DNA from: a virus | Lineage: Duplodnaviria; Caudoviricetes | DNA: 64,000 nt | IMG/VR virus record: IMGVR_UViG_3300014019_000001 | Span: 52,400-116,399 of that record | Direction: 5' to 3' (one strand) | Part shown: positions 7,880 through 17,625 of the stretch, in pieces | How the letters are laid out: each line of letters begins with the position of its first letter | Position numbering within the stretch: the first letter of the stretch is position 1 | Notes under the pieces: generated by a model | The model's database searches: none | Seen by the model: only the letters and a program-made list of their open reading frames with translations | Told to the model about the DNA's origin: nothing | Position numbers and translations under genes: made by a program

Positions 7880-8288
7880 GATTCAACTCCTTCAGTAGGC
7901 GGCGGACGTCGGCGTAGGTCCAGGTCTTCCTGCTCTTCGACGGCCCATAGGCTGTTTCGTTCAGGGCTATAGCGATCTCGTGTCCGTTCGCGTCCGTCTT
8001 CAATCGACGGATATTCAGAACGACCGGGGTCAGAGCCCGAAGCATTTCCTCGTGATAGGCACGTTTCGCGGCATTCATGGCTGGAATCGCCAGCGCGCCG
8101 CGCTCCTTGGCTGTCATCGGCCGGCGCAAGAGCATCATGCCCGGCGCCAGATCTTCGATCAGTGTGGGATCGATCGCCAGGAGATCTTTGATGAGGTCGA
8201 CGGCGTGCTCTGCCCCAGCCTGCATGTCGAGGCGGTCGAACGAAATCTCCTGTCGGACCGCCTCTTTGAGCCTAGTGCTTGGCGACAT
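7854..8288 (-). CDS. Hypothetical protein with C-terminal recombinase-type DNA-binding-like segment
   Basis: IAIALNE...KTWTYADVRRLL. Confidence 0.55.
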   Translation of the reverse strand: MSPSTRLKEAVRQEISFDRLDMQAGAEHAVDLIKDLLAIDPTLIEDLAPGMMLLRRPMTAKERGALAIPAMNAAKRAYHEEMLRALTPVVLNIRRLKTDANGHEIAIALNETAYGPSKSRKTWTYADVRRLLKELNLELEPPAP

Positions 8289-8589
8289 CGATCAACTGCT
8301 CCGGCCCCACGACGCCCTCGGCGATCTCGTAGAGGATGGACATGATCTGCTCGTTCTGGAGCGCGACGCTGAGCGCCATCAGGCGCTTGCCGATTTCGAG
8401 CTGGGCGAGCTCGGTCTCACCCCACTTCTCCGGGTTCTCCTTCAAGGAACTTATTCCTGTCGAAAAGACCTCAACTTCGCCATTAACGCGAAGAATGATG
8501 CCGCAATCGCCCTCTTTGATGAGCGGCTCATCGGTTCTCGGCTTGGGGGACAGGGTGTCGAACAAGCTCGGAACTGTGGTTTGGGACAT
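8272..8589 (-). CDS. Hypothetical protein
   Basis: AGGAG RBS; downstream of promoter at 8644-8666. Confidence 0.6.
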   Translation of the reverse strand: MSQTTVPSLFDTLSPKPRTDEPLIKEGDCGIILRVNGEVEVFSTGISSLKENPEKWGETELAQLEIGKRLMALSVALQNEQIMSILYEIAEGVVGPEQLIDVAKH

Positions 8590-8772
8590 CTGACTGCAAA
8601 CTCCTAAATTCACTCAATTTTATGTGCTTTTGTGCTTTTGCTGTTATAGCAGACGTGCATCGGGTCTTGTTGGCAATTCTACAGGTTGTTGTGAAACAAA
8701 TGAAGAACATTGTTGCCATCCTAGGATGAACGGCGTTATATGGGGTAGGTCAGAATTCCTAGTGGAGATATC

Positions 8773-9042
8773 ATGAGAGAGACGCAATTCAACGAGGAAG
8801 TGGACGCGCTGACGGAGGCCGTGCTCGTCGCCATGGAGGAACACTTCAAAATCAAAGGCTTGCACTTTGAGAGGGCGAATTTCGTCAGGGAGACGTCGGC
8901 CGACCTGGACCAGATCAGCCGGGAGGCTTACTTCTTCGGGGCGGAAACATTTCCTGACATCGAGCGCTCCGCCGTGGAACGCGTCATTCCGGCGCCGTTT
9001 CGACGACCTTCACCGCTTCCTTCAGCTCACTTTCCGTCATGA
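8773..9042 (+). CDS. Hypothetical protein (rare plus-strand gene)
   Basis: GGAG RBS, 89 aa. Confidence 0.55.
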   Translation: MRETQFNEEVDALTEAVLVAMEEHFKIKGLHFERANFVRETSADLDQISREAYFFGAETFPDIERSAVERVIPAPFRRPSPLPSAHFPS

Positions 9043-9238
9043 GCGCGCACTGCTGGCGCTGGTAGATCACCGTTTCGCCCTTGTCGTTGAACTTGGGCGG
9101 CGCCATGCTCTCATTGATCTGCGCGACCTGACGCTCGCATTCCTTGAGGGGCAGGACGTCCAAGACTTTCGTGTCGATCCTCGGCTCGGCGGTTCCGCCG
9201 ATCATCTGCACCAGGATTATCACGCCAACAAGTTTCAT
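8984..9238 (-). CDS. Hypothetical exported/membrane-anchored protein
   Basis: Hydrophobic N-terminus, two Cys. Confidence 0.5.
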   Translation of the reverse strand: MKLVGVIILVQMIGGTAEPRIDTKVLDVLPLKECERQVAQINESMAPPKFNDKGETVIYQRQQCALMTESELKEAVKVVETAPE

Positions 9239-9303
9239 CTCTACCAGCCTTCGGTTCCGGAGTTGCAATGCGCGATTGTAGCCGCGCATTGCACTTGTAG
9301 GAA

Positions 9304-9600
9304 TCATGTGACGCGATTGGAAGACCAGTTTTTCTTCAATTCGCAAATTCCCCGGAGCGCGTCTTCGTGGACATAGTTCGGGTGACGATACCAGAAGGCG
9401 AGGGCCTTCTCGCAGAGCACGATTTCCTTTTCCGCCTGGCGTTTCTCGACAGGTGACGAGCGTGGATTGTCGCGAACGAATTTCAGGAAGAGGAGCTGAT
9501 CGTAATGCTTCAGGTAGTGCTTGGTGCCGTTCCACTTCCAGACGTTCAATGCAGGCCGGTCAGCACCTGCAACTCGGCTCGTATCATAGAAATAGGTCAT
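9304..9600 (-). CDS. Hypothetical phage protein
   Basis: EKRQAEKEIVLCEKALAFWYRHPN; purine-rich leader. Confidence 0.7.
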   Translation of the reverse strand: MTYFYDTSRVAGADRPALNVWKWNGTKHYLKHYDQLLFLKFVRDNPRSSPVEKRQAEKEIVLCEKALAFWYRHPNYVHEDALRGICELKKNWSSNRVT

Positions 9601-9712
9601 AGCGTTTTCTCTCTTTAGCGATTTAGCTAATTGAAGAGTAGCGCGCTCAGACGAGGAATGCGGCTGGCTGTTGCGACGTTGGGAAGGAACCCCATGGGAC
9701 GCGCCGCCCATG

Positions 9713-9741
9713 AAAAAGCCCAGGGCGCGAACCCTGGGCTT
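9713..9741 (-). terminator. Intrinsic terminator
   Basis: AAGCCCAGGG-TTCGCG-CCCTGGGCTTTTT on minus strand. Confidence 0.8.
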
Positions 9742-9767
9742 GGGGCCGAGACTGCTTGGGAGGAGGA

Positions 9768-10307
9768 TTAGTCTTCGGCCACATTCCGGACCATGAGCGG
9801 GCGCTGGGAGAGGCGCAGCGGCTGGTCCGAGAACAGATAGTCGCCGTGCCATTCGACATAGGCGTTGGTGTCGGCGGTGAAGAAGAAGATCCCCTCGGTA
9901 TTCTCGCCGTAGGCGCCGTCGTAGTCGGGCTGCTCGATCTTCTCAAGGACGGTCGTGCCGCCGACGGAGAACTTCTGCGGCGCTTCGCCGGCCATCAGGT
10001 AGCTCTTGAGCGACGTGACCTTACCCCGGATCGGGTATTCGGCGACGACGTTGCCGTAGGAGAGCAGGTAGATGTAGCCGGACATGTTCTGCTGGTTGAT
10101 GCGCTCCAGGCGCTCGACCAGGTTCTTGCGCTCCAGCGACGTTTCGAGACGCGGATTGGGAATCGCGTTCATGAGACGCTGCTGGTTGCTTTCGACCTGG
10201 GCTGCGTTGCGCTGCGTGGTGGTCGGCTCGGCGGGCTCACAACCGGCGAGAACGGCAAGAGCCATGAGGCCGGCGAGCAGCGCGTAATGATGGCGGGTGC
10301 GGGACAT
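9768..10307 (-). CDS. Lipoprotein of unknown function
   Basis: Signal peptide with LAGC lipobox. Confidence 0.8.
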   Translation of the reverse strand: MSRTRHHYALLAGLMALAVLAGCEPAEPTTTQRNAAQVESNQQRLMNAIPNPRLETSLERKNLVERLERINQQNMSGYIYLLSYGNVVAEYPIRGKVTSLKSYLMAGEAPQKFSVGGTTVLEKIEQPDYDGAYGENTEGIFFFTADTNAYVEWHGDYLFSDQPLRLSQRPLMVRNVAED

Positions 10308-10316
10308 TGACGATCC

Positions 10317-10745
10317 TTAGTTCAGCTCCGCCGGCAGATCGCTCGTGCGGAAGAGGTTGCGATTGGCCATCTGGGTCTTGGCGTTGTATTCGGCGACCAT
10401 CTGGGCGCGCTGACCACGGAGACCGAGGAGAACGTTGTTGAGGCGCGCCCACTCCTGGCGATCCTCGAACTTCCAGGTGGAGCGCGCACCGGCGCTCTGC
10501 TCGAAGGATGCAAGCGACGCCTCGGCCGCGCCGATCTTCACGCCGATCGCCTGAACGTCCTGGTATTGCCGTTTGAACCACTCGTAATTGTGGATCATGT
10601 TGTCGGCGTTGAAGGTGCGCTCCGCTACGCCCGAGGCGGCGCGGAAGGGCAGGGTGAGAATGCCGGCTACAGAACCGGCGATCACCAGGCCGGATACGAT
10701 GCCGATGGCAGCAAGTCCGGCTACGAAGATTTCGCGGGCTTTCAA
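10317..10745 (-). CDS. Membrane-anchored helical protein, probable partner of the lipoprotein
   Basis: N-terminal TM, coiled coil, NYEWF...EYNAK motifs. Confidence 0.75.
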   Translation of the reverse strand: MKAREIFVAGLAAIGIVSGLVIAGSVAGILTLPFRAASGVAERTFNADNMIHNYEWFKRQYQDVQAIGVKIGAAEASLASFEQSAGARSTWKFEDRQEWARLNNVLLGLRGQRAQMVAEYNAKTQMANRNLFRTSDLPAELN

Positions 10746-10846
10746 GTTCGCTTCCTTTCAGGGCGATAGAGCATCCAAGCGCTCACCGCCAAACCGATCA
10801 GGAAGGGTCCGAGAACAGCGGCGGTGAGCGCGAGTTTCATGGTCGA

Positions 10847-11191
10847 TTAGCCGCGACGACCGACCGGGCCGCCGGCGTGAAGGCCGAAGAGGGTGGCGAG
10901 GATCGCTTCCGGCGGAATCGTGAAGCCAGCGGTCTCGCATTCGCACGGCGGCAGTTTGGTCGAGTCGACGCCGAGCTCTTCGAGCTGGTCGGAGACCTTT
11001 TCTTCCTTCTGGGCGAGTTCGATGAGGGCGAGCTTCTGGAAGGTTTCCAGGGTGTTCTGGGACAGATCGACGTGAGCGCCGGAGCCAGCCGCCACGCGAA
11101 CGCCGAGGTCCTCGACAGCGGCAATCTGGGCACGGATTGCCGTCAGTTCGGACGACAGCTTGGACACCTGGTTGAGATCGGAAATGTGCAT
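10847..11191 (-). CDS. Hypothetical coiled-coil protein
   Basis: AAGGAG RBS after promoter/operator at 11226-11270. Confidence 0.65.
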   Translation of the reverse strand: MHISDLNQVSKLSSELTAIRAQIAAVEDLGVRVAAGSGAHVDLSQNTLETFQKLALIELAQKEEKVSDQLEELGVDSTKLPPCECETAGFTIPPEAILATLFGLHAGGPVGRRG

Positions 11192-11225
11192 TCTTACGCT
11201 CCTTTTGCGTTTCGTGATGCTCGTC

Positions 11226-11270
11226 TAACTCATCACTTACTTACTTTATAGCGAGTCAGACGCTGGGTTA
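11226..11270 (-). promoter_or_regulatory. Phage-type promoter plus operator
   Basis: AACCC-N12-GCTATAA; operator at 11226-11243. Confidence 0.75.
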
Positions 11271-11292
11271 CTTGTGGTTTCTGTCGGTGTTA

Positions 11293-12723
11293 TCAGGCTG
11301 CTTCAGGAAGCTCTGCCACCTCCTTGTGCGTTGCCAACATTGCCTGGTGGGCGCGCTCGCGCACGTCGGCGAAGCTGGTGAGCTGGCTCATGCCGTCGCT
11401 GTAGACGACCTTCAGGAGGTTCTTGAGCTTCTCGTCCGGCCGAGCTTCGCTCTCCTTGATCGCAATGAGCCCGTGGCCGGTGTCGATGACGATCTGCCGC
11501 CCCGCCTTGGACGTCTTGGCGGGATCGGTCGCAGGCTTCTTCTGCAGGTCCGCCCAGCCGGCGCCGGTATCAATCGCGTTCGCCTTCATCGCGAAGTTGA
11601 GGTCGTTACGCGAATGCCCCTGGAGCAGCCCGCCGCCCATGCCAAAGGCGATATTGTCGATGGACCAGCGATTTTCGATCAGCGCGCGGCACAGCCGGCT
11701 GATGGAGTTGAGGTTCATTCCGTCACCCTGGATGACGCCGATCTTCTCGTGGAGCACCTTGAAGCCCTTCGAGTTGGTGGTGCCGCCGAACTTGTTCCAG
11801 AGCGTTTCGAGCACCTTGATGGGCGTCGTCACCGGGTCGCCGGAGTCTGGCCGGATGATCAGCTTGCCGTCGATGTTCTGGATCTTCTCCTTCAGGCTGC
11901 TGCCGTAGATGTTCTCCAGGGCGTTGAAGAGGTCGTAGCTGTCAGAGACGACCGAGAAGAGACCGTCGCCGAACTTGTCGAGCATGTTGCTGTAGGCATC
12001 GGTCTCGTGCTGGCGGCCCCATGCAGTCATCGTGGAGTGCTCGGATGCGGGGATCGAGAAGCCGGCGCACCCGTCCTTCTCCTGGTAGACCCGGCGAACG
12101 GCGAGAAGCGCCTCAAGGGTGTCGGTGCCCTGGAAGTTCACCAGATGCGCCATGCCACCGATGCCGGCAGATTCACCGGACGACACGCCGCGCCCGCCGA
12201 AGTCGTGCAGCTTGAAGGCGATATCCGGAGCGTCAGAGGTCTTGAGAGCGGTGTCGTAGATGATCACCTTGGTCACGAAGGACAGCGTTGCGACCGAGGT
12301 GGCATACCAGACAGCGCGCAGAAGGGCCGTTTCGATGAAGCTCGTCAGCCACGGAACCTCCGGGTCGGTGTTGCGCACCTGGACCAGCGGCGTGCCGCGC
12401 TCGACGATGGAACCTTCGGGAAGCGCCTCGATCTCCAGCGGCAGGTAGCCGTTGTGATGCTTCCAGATGTGCAGCCAGCCGTCGCGATTGAAGGGCAACC
12501 CGTGCTTTTCGAGGAGTTCCCCGGCTTCATCGATGTCGCTCAAGGTGATCGGCTTCATCAGGTAGTCCTGAATGAACGCCTGGATGCCGAAGAACAGCAC
12601 CTTGCCGTCGACGGCCGCGTTCCCACGCGCCTCGATGTAGGAGGACACGAACTTCGTGCCTTCCGGGTATTGCAGGAAGTGGGAGTGCTTATAGCTGTCA
12701 CTCGCCAGGATGATGTTGACCAT
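11293..12723 (-). CDS. nadV: Nicotinamide phosphoribosyltransferase
   Basis: DSYKHSH, LHDFGGRG, PASEHS, VVSDSYD, IRPDSGDP, IQGDG, FGMGGGLLQ. Confidence 0.93.
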   Translation of the reverse strand: MVNIILASDSYKHSHFLQYPEGTKFVSSYIEARGNAAVDGKVLFFGIQAFIQDYLMKPITLSDIDEAGELLEKHGLPFNRDGWLHIWKHHNGYLPLEIEALPEGSIVERGTPLVQVRNTDPEVPWLTSFIETALLRAVWYATSVATLSFVTKVIIYDTALKTSDAPDIAFKLHDFGGRGVSSGESAGIGGMAHLVNFQGTDTLEALLAVRRVYQEKDGCAGFSIPASEHSTMTAWGRQHETDAYSNMLDKFGDGLFSVVSDSYDLFNALENIYGSSLKEKIQNIDGKLIIRPDSGDPVTTPIKVLETLWNKFGGTTNSKGFKVLHEKIGVIQGDGMNLNSISRLCRALIENRWSIDNIAFGMGGGLLQGHSRNDLNFAMKANAIDTGAGWADLQKKPATDPAKTSKAGRQIVIDTGHGLIAIKESEARPDEKLKNLLKVVYSDGMSQLTSFADVRERAHQAMLATHKEVAELPEAA

Positions 12724-12736
12724 CAGCGTCTCGCTT

Positions 12737-13765
12737 TCAGAGGAAATTGGAGATGAGGTTGTGGTGGTCCTCGAAGAACAGCTCCGGGGACAGATCATCG
12801 AAGGAATACCAATCGGCTTTCGCCGCATCATCGCCGCCTTCGACCTTCGGCAGATTGACAGGGGTAGGAATCTCGAAGTGGTAGACCATCGAGACGATCC
12901 GGCCGCGCAGTGAGCGGTGCGGATTATCTGCGACCATGTGGCCGACCATGTAGTGCTCCAGATCGTTGATCGAGAGCCCGGTTTCTTCCCTCAGTTCACG
13001 GCAAGCGGCATCAAAGAAACGCTCGTTCTTGTCCACGAAGCCGCCGGGCATCGCCAGCGTTCCTCGACCGACAGCTTTGCCGCGCGTGACGAGAAGGATC
13101 TTGCCCCGGTGCACGACAAGCGCGTCAGCGGCCAGGAACGGGCCGGCACCATAGGTTTGACGCCCGACCTGGATCGCGTCCTTGTAGGCGACAAGATCCT
13201 TGAACTTCTCGGACAGCGCGAAGTCCTTCAGCCAGGCGAGAACGCTCGGCGACACGGCGTCGTGGGGCATGCGCGGGAGCCGCCGAATGTAGTCCTCGCG
13301 AATATCCGACGCATTGATGGTGCCGTGCTGCGTCGTGAGCTGGATCGAATCCCATTGAGGGAACATGTTGAGATAGTATGACGAGGCGTCCTTGCCGTAG
13401 CCGGCGAGGGAGATATCCGCGTCCTGGGTGCCGTGAAGCTGGACACCGCCCTTATTGAGGTGGCGCAGGACGATCTGGTTGACCAGGCCGCGCAGCTCAC
13501 CGGCCCATGCTGTATCCGGATCGAAATCCTCAAGCAGGGCGACGACCAGACGGCCGGTGGCAACTTCGTGCCGGAACACCGCCTCAATCATGGCGCGGCG
13601 CTCGTCGCCGGTGAAGGGGTTGACCGGCGTGCGTGCCTGATAGGCACTGCCGACGACGACAATCAGCGTATCGACCTTGGAGAGCGCCTCGCGGATCACA
13701 TGCTCATGACCGATGTGAAGCGGCTGGAAACGTCCGATATAGACGCCGAAATGGGGCTTAGACAT
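12737..13765 (-). CDS. nadM: Bifunctional NMN adenylyltransferase / Nudix ADP-ribose hydrolase
   Basis: IGRFQPLHIGH, NASDIR, Nudix box PGGFVD...RELREETG, GGDDA, FFEDH. Confidence 0.92.
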   Translation of the reverse strand: MSKPHFGVYIGRFQPLHIGHEHVIREALSKVDTLIVVVGSAYQARTPVNPFTGDERRAMIEAVFRHEVATGRLVVALLEDFDPDTAWAGELRGLVNQIVLRHLNKGGVQLHGTQDADISLAGYGKDASSYYLNMFPQWDSIQLTTQHGTINASDIREDYIRRLPRMPHDAVSPSVLAWLKDFALSEKFKDLVAYKDAIQVGRQTYGAGPFLAADALVVHRGKILLVTRGKAVGRGTLAMPGGFVDKNERFFDAACRELREETGLSINDLEHYMVGHMVADNPHRSLRGRIVSMVYHFEIPTPVNLPKVEGGDDAAKADWYSFDDLSPELFFEDHHNLISNFL

Positions 13766-13958
13766 TCATCAGGTTCCTCTCGATGCGGAAGGTCTGCTCA
13801 CCGCAACGCACGATGTTGCCGTCAATCTCGTCCACCGGATCGGTGTAGAAGGTCTGGCCATCGGGCTTATTGGTGAAGCCTTGAGTGGTGCCGCCGACGA
13901 CTACGCGGTTGGTTCCCACATCGAGGAAGCGGGCATTCTTGAGCACTCCCAAAAACAT
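13758..13958 (-). CDS. Hypothetical protein
   Basis: GGAG RBS; downstream of operator at 13975-13992. Confidence 0.5.
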   Translation of the reverse strand: MFLGVLKNARFLDVGTNRVVVGGTTQGFTNKPDGQTFYTDPVDEIDGNIVRCGEQTFRIERNLMNV

Positions 13959-14090
13959 TCTCGTCTCTCCAAAATGAGTAATCGCTGACTTATGTGTCGG
14001 CGCGCGTCGAAGCGACCTTTGCTCGCTTCGATGTTTCATCATCGCAGCATATGAGCAGGGTTGCGGCAGGGGCTTTTCGGTTAGTGCAGG

Positions 14091-14711
14091 TTACTGGCTC
14101 GCCCAGACCACACGCGCCATCCACTCGACATCGGCGTGGTCGAGTGTTCGGTTCGGGTGCTCGGGATTGAGCGAGACAAGCTCGATGGCGCGGGGGCTTT
14201 GGCGTTGCAGGCTTTTGACCATCACCTCGCCCTCGCGCGTCCTTACGACGACGCGATCGCCACGGCGAACCTGCGCGCCCGGCTCGATGATAAGGATGTC
14301 GCCGTCACGGTAGACCGGCTGCATGCTGTCGCCTTGGACTTCGAGCGCGTAGTGCCCAGGTTTGCCGGGAAACTCTACGACATCCCAGCCTTCGCCCGTG
14401 GGAAAGCCGCCATCGTCAAAGAAACCGCCGGCGCCCGCCTGGGCGAAGCCCAGAAGAGGCATCGTGGCTGATTTTGGCCCCGTCGGCGCGGCTATCTCGA
14501 AAAAGTCATCGATGCCTGTGCCGGTTGCATCAAGCAGCTTCGCGATCGATTCCGTGGACGGCCAGCGCTGACGGCCATCTGCGCCCTGCCGCTTGGACTT
14601 GTTGAAGGACGTTGGGTCCAGCCCTGCACGGCGGGCAAGGCCGGAGGGTGAGAGACCGCGACGCTGGGCGAGGTTATCGATCGCCGCCCAAATTCTGTCG
14701 TGAGAGAACAT
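14091..14711 (-). CDS. HTH plus S24 peptidase (LexA/CI-type) transcriptional regulator
   Basis: N-terminal HTH, AQAG cleavage-like site, GDSM Ser and MVK Lys dyad. Confidence 0.9.
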   Translation of the reverse strand: MFSHDRIWAAIDNLAQRRGLSPSGLARRAGLDPTSFNKSKRQGADGRQRWPSTESIAKLLDATGTGIDDFFEIAAPTGPKSATMPLLGFAQAGAGGFFDDGGFPTGEGWDVVEFPGKPGHYALEVQGDSMQPVYRDGDILIIEPGAQVRRGDRVVVRTREGEVMVKSLQRQSPRAIELVSLNPEHPNRTLDHADVEWMARVVWASQ

Positions 14712-14829
14712 GAAGGGAGATCCCGATATGGCTGTGGACCGGCAAATGCCGGTCCTTTCAAGCGCGAACATAGAGGATGATTCCTATTCAGTAAAGGAGA
14801 AGCAGGATTATTTTCCTGTATGAGTGGGA

Positions 14830-15249
14830 TCAGCCGTCGAGGGCGTCGAGACGCTTGAGAATTTCGTCCTTGGACAGCTTGGTGATCTCTTCGCTTTCCT
14901 TCGCGGCGTAGGCTTCGAGCAGCTTGCGACGCTCCTCGGCATTCGAGGCGCGCTTGGCGGCGGCTGCGATTTCAGCCTGCTTCACACCGATGATGTGCTT
15001 GAGGATTTCGAGCTTCGCCTCCAGCTCGCCGACGCGCGGATCGGGCTTCGCGCTGACGAACGAGCCTTCACCGATAGACTTCAGCTCGGCGTTGATAGAG
15101 CGGGCGATCGTGTCGAGGTCGGTCTTGACCTCGCGCGTTGCGCCGGTGGCGACGAGGGGAAGATCCCAGAGCTGCTCGGTGGAGAGCTCGCCCTTCGCCG
15201 ATGCGAAACGGTATTTCTTGCGGGTGGCGGTTTCAAAGATGTTCGACAT
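14830..15249 (-). CDS. Hypothetical coiled-coil protein, probable partner of the 662-aa gene
   Basis: IFETATRKKYRF...GELSTEQLWDLPL. Confidence 0.75.
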   Translation of the reverse strand: MSNIFETATRKKYRFASAKGELSTEQLWDLPLVATGATREVKTDLDTIARSINAELKSIGEGSFVSAKPDPRVGELEAKLEILKHIIGVKQAEIAAAAKRASNAEERRKLLEAYAAKESEEITKLSKDEILKRLDALDG

Positions 15250-15292
15250 TTTCCAGTTTCCTTGTGGTTTTCGAGGGAAGGTGACGCCCGGA

Positions 15293-17281
15293 TCAGAAGT
15301 TGATCCGGAACGCCTTGTTGATGGTCGCGCCCTTGACGACGACGATGGCGGTGTCCTGGCGGGTGGACGAGAAGCCGAGGCCGGAGAGCTGCTCGGTGGA
15401 CTTCGGCGTCTTGGTCTTGGCACCGAGGATCTCGAAGACCTTCCGGTGCGGCTCGAGCTCGCCACGGAGGAACTCGTTGTAGATGCCGCGCGCCTGGTCA
15501 GGGTTCACGCAGTCCTTCAGGATGAAGAACCAGTGCTTGTTGCCGACCTGCTGATCACCCCAATGATTGGGCGACAGAAGCAGCGTGTCGACAGGCACGA
15601 GCGTCTCGGTATTCACACCCCACTTTTCGATGGAGCCGGAGGTGGCTGTGAGCGTCGGGCCGGGTTTGAAGCCCTGCACCTTGCCGCCGATCACGTCGAA
15701 CGTGGCGAGCTGAATGCTCTCACCCTGGCTGACGATCTTCGGATAGGCGAAGGTGCGCGTCTCGCCGTTGAAGAAGAACTCGACCTCGAAGCCGCCGTCC
15801 TCACGCCTGCGCTGCGAATACTGGTTGACGTAGATCGTGTAATTGCCGTCGCGGGGCGAGCCCCAGCTCAGGTTCTCAACCGGGTTCTTCGGGTCGTGCC
15901 GGTCCATACCGTTCATGTCGACATCGAGAACCCCGAGACGCTGGCGGTAGTAGATGTGCCCCGCCGGCGTGTGGGCGTGCAGATCCAGGTCGTCGGAATT
16001 GTGCCAGGCGAGCGACACACGCAGCGGCGCGTCGATGTTGCCGCCGGCCGTTTTCACGCGCTCCTTGATCGAATCCGTCACTTCGCCGTCATAGGACCAG
16101 GCGAAATCATTCGCCCATTTGAACAGCCGCCCTGTGTTCTCGTGGACCGGCGCCGTAAGGCTCATGAAGTTGCCGGCATGGCGGTTCTCGACCAGGAGTG
16201 AGATCGAGGAGGCCAGGTGCAGCTTGTGCTTGATGAAGTCCTCGACCGAGATATCCTCGGCGTTCTTGACGTCGACCACGGCCGGCTTCACCGCCTCCAT
16301 CAGGAGACCAGTCAGGCTGCCGTCCTTCATCTTGCCGCGCACCTCGTTGTCCACGAACAGAATGTCGTTGACGGACACGTCGGAGATCTTGGCGAAACGG
16401 CGTTCGACGGCGTTCTCGAGACCCAGCTCCTTGAGCTTGTCCACGGCCTGCTCGATCATCTTCGCCGTGATCAGCGACTTGGGGCGCTTGTAGTTCTGCG
16501 GCGCGACCTTGCTTTCAAACTTACGCACGGCGCTTTCGAGGTCGTCGCCGGCCGACAGGTCGATGACGAGCGAGCCAATGACCGTGCTGCGGAAGAGAGC
16601 GAAGCGATCCGTCACCTTCTGCCACAGGAACAGCTCCTTGTTGGGCGCGGCGTCGTAGTCGGTCTTCAGGCGATAGAAGCCATTGACGGCAGCAGAGTGC
16701 TCGGCGCCACGGTAGAGGTTGTTCTGGTTGATCAGGTCGACGACCGTGTTCAGGGCGTCAATCGTCAGCTCCTCGCAGCCGCGCTTGAAGACGCCAAGGT
16801 TCGTGGTGATGGAGCCGCGATCGGCGTCCGGACGGGTGCTGCGATGCTTCCGGTCGATCGCCGTGAAGAAGTGGGTGAACTGGTAGGTCTTGTTGTCGAT
16901 GTAGTCGATGTTGGGCTTGTGGCCGAAGACCGATTCCTTCGTGCGGAAGACGCTGCGGATCGCCTTCGAGCGCACCACGGCGGCGAGCGCGGCGGCGACG
17001 ACATCGTAGGGATGCGGCAGACCCTTGAGATCCCAGAGCGTCTCGATCTTGCCATCGATGATAGCGATCAGGTGGCCGGCATGGCGAACGAACGCCCGGT
17101 CATAGGAGCCGTCATGCACGGTGCGCACACGGAAGATCGGGTCAGTGCCGGCCGGGAAGGCGGCGAGGTAGATGCCCCAGAGTTCGTCGCGCTCGGCGTC
17201 GACCTCATAGAGTTCGTGCTTGGAAAGCAGGGCGAAACGATCTTCGACCGCCTTCGAGAATTTCGGGAAATTGTCGCTCAT
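15293..17281 (-). CDS. Large phage protein with C-terminal DUF2135/YfaP-like beta domain
   Basis: LRVSLAWHNSDDLDLH...LDVDMNG...PVEN; 662 aa. Confidence 0.75.
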   Translation of the reverse strand: MSDNFPKFSKAVEDRFALLSKHELYEVDAERDELWGIYLAAFPAGTDPIFRVRTVHDGSYDRAFVRHAGHLIAIIDGKIETLWDLKGLPHPYDVVAAALAAVVRSKAIRSVFRTKESVFGHKPNIDYIDNKTYQFTHFFTAIDRKHRSTRPDADRGSITTNLGVFKRGCEELTIDALNTVVDLINQNNLYRGAEHSAAVNGFYRLKTDYDAAPNKELFLWQKVTDRFALFRSTVIGSLVIDLSAGDDLESAVRKFESKVAPQNYKRPKSLITAKMIEQAVDKLKELGLENAVERRFAKISDVSVNDILFVDNEVRGKMKDGSLTGLLMEAVKPAVVDVKNAEDISVEDFIKHKLHLASSISLLVENRHAGNFMSLTAPVHENTGRLFKWANDFAWSYDGEVTDSIKERVKTAGGNIDAPLRVSLAWHNSDDLDLHAHTPAGHIYYRQRLGVLDVDMNGMDRHDPKNPVENLSWGSPRDGNYTIYVNQYSQRRREDGGFEVEFFFNGETRTFAYPKIVSQGESIQLATFDVIGGKVQGFKPGPTLTATSGSIEKWGVNTETLVPVDTLLLSPNHWGDQQVGNKHWFFILKDCVNPDQARGIYNEFLRGELEPHRKVFEILGAKTKTPKSTEQLSGLGFSSTRQDTAIVVVKGATINKAFRINF

Positions 17282-17346
17282 CGGGTTTTCAGGCTCCGTT
17301 AATAAGTAAGCGCTGACTGCGCTTTGTTGACAAAATAAGAGTAGCG

Positions 17347-17625
17347 TTAGCTGCTACGGGTTGCGGCAGGGACGTCGCGGAGACGTTGATCTCCCTCAGC
17401 CCAGTCGTGGACGTAGGCGACAGTGGAGCGCCGGTCGCAGCGCTCGCAGCGGCAGGAAAGGCTGACGTGGTGACGACCGATGCCGTCGATGGGACCGGCC
17501 GTGGGGCGCAGATACGGGCGATCACCCCACCAACCGGAGCGCCAGACGTGACCGAAGAGGCGGCACATCAGGGGCACGTTTTCTTCCCATTTGCGCGCCG
17601 GCCAGCGGAGAACGACCTTGCTCAT
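17347..17625 (-). CDS. Small Cys/His protein (DUF1660-like CxLFGHxW)
   Basis: CRLFGHVW...CERC. Confidence 0.55.
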   Translation of the reverse strand: MSKVVLRWPARKWEENVPLMCRLFGHVWRSGWWGDRPYLRPTAGPIDGIGRHHVSLSCRCERCDRRSTVAYVHDWAEGDQRLRDVPAATRSS

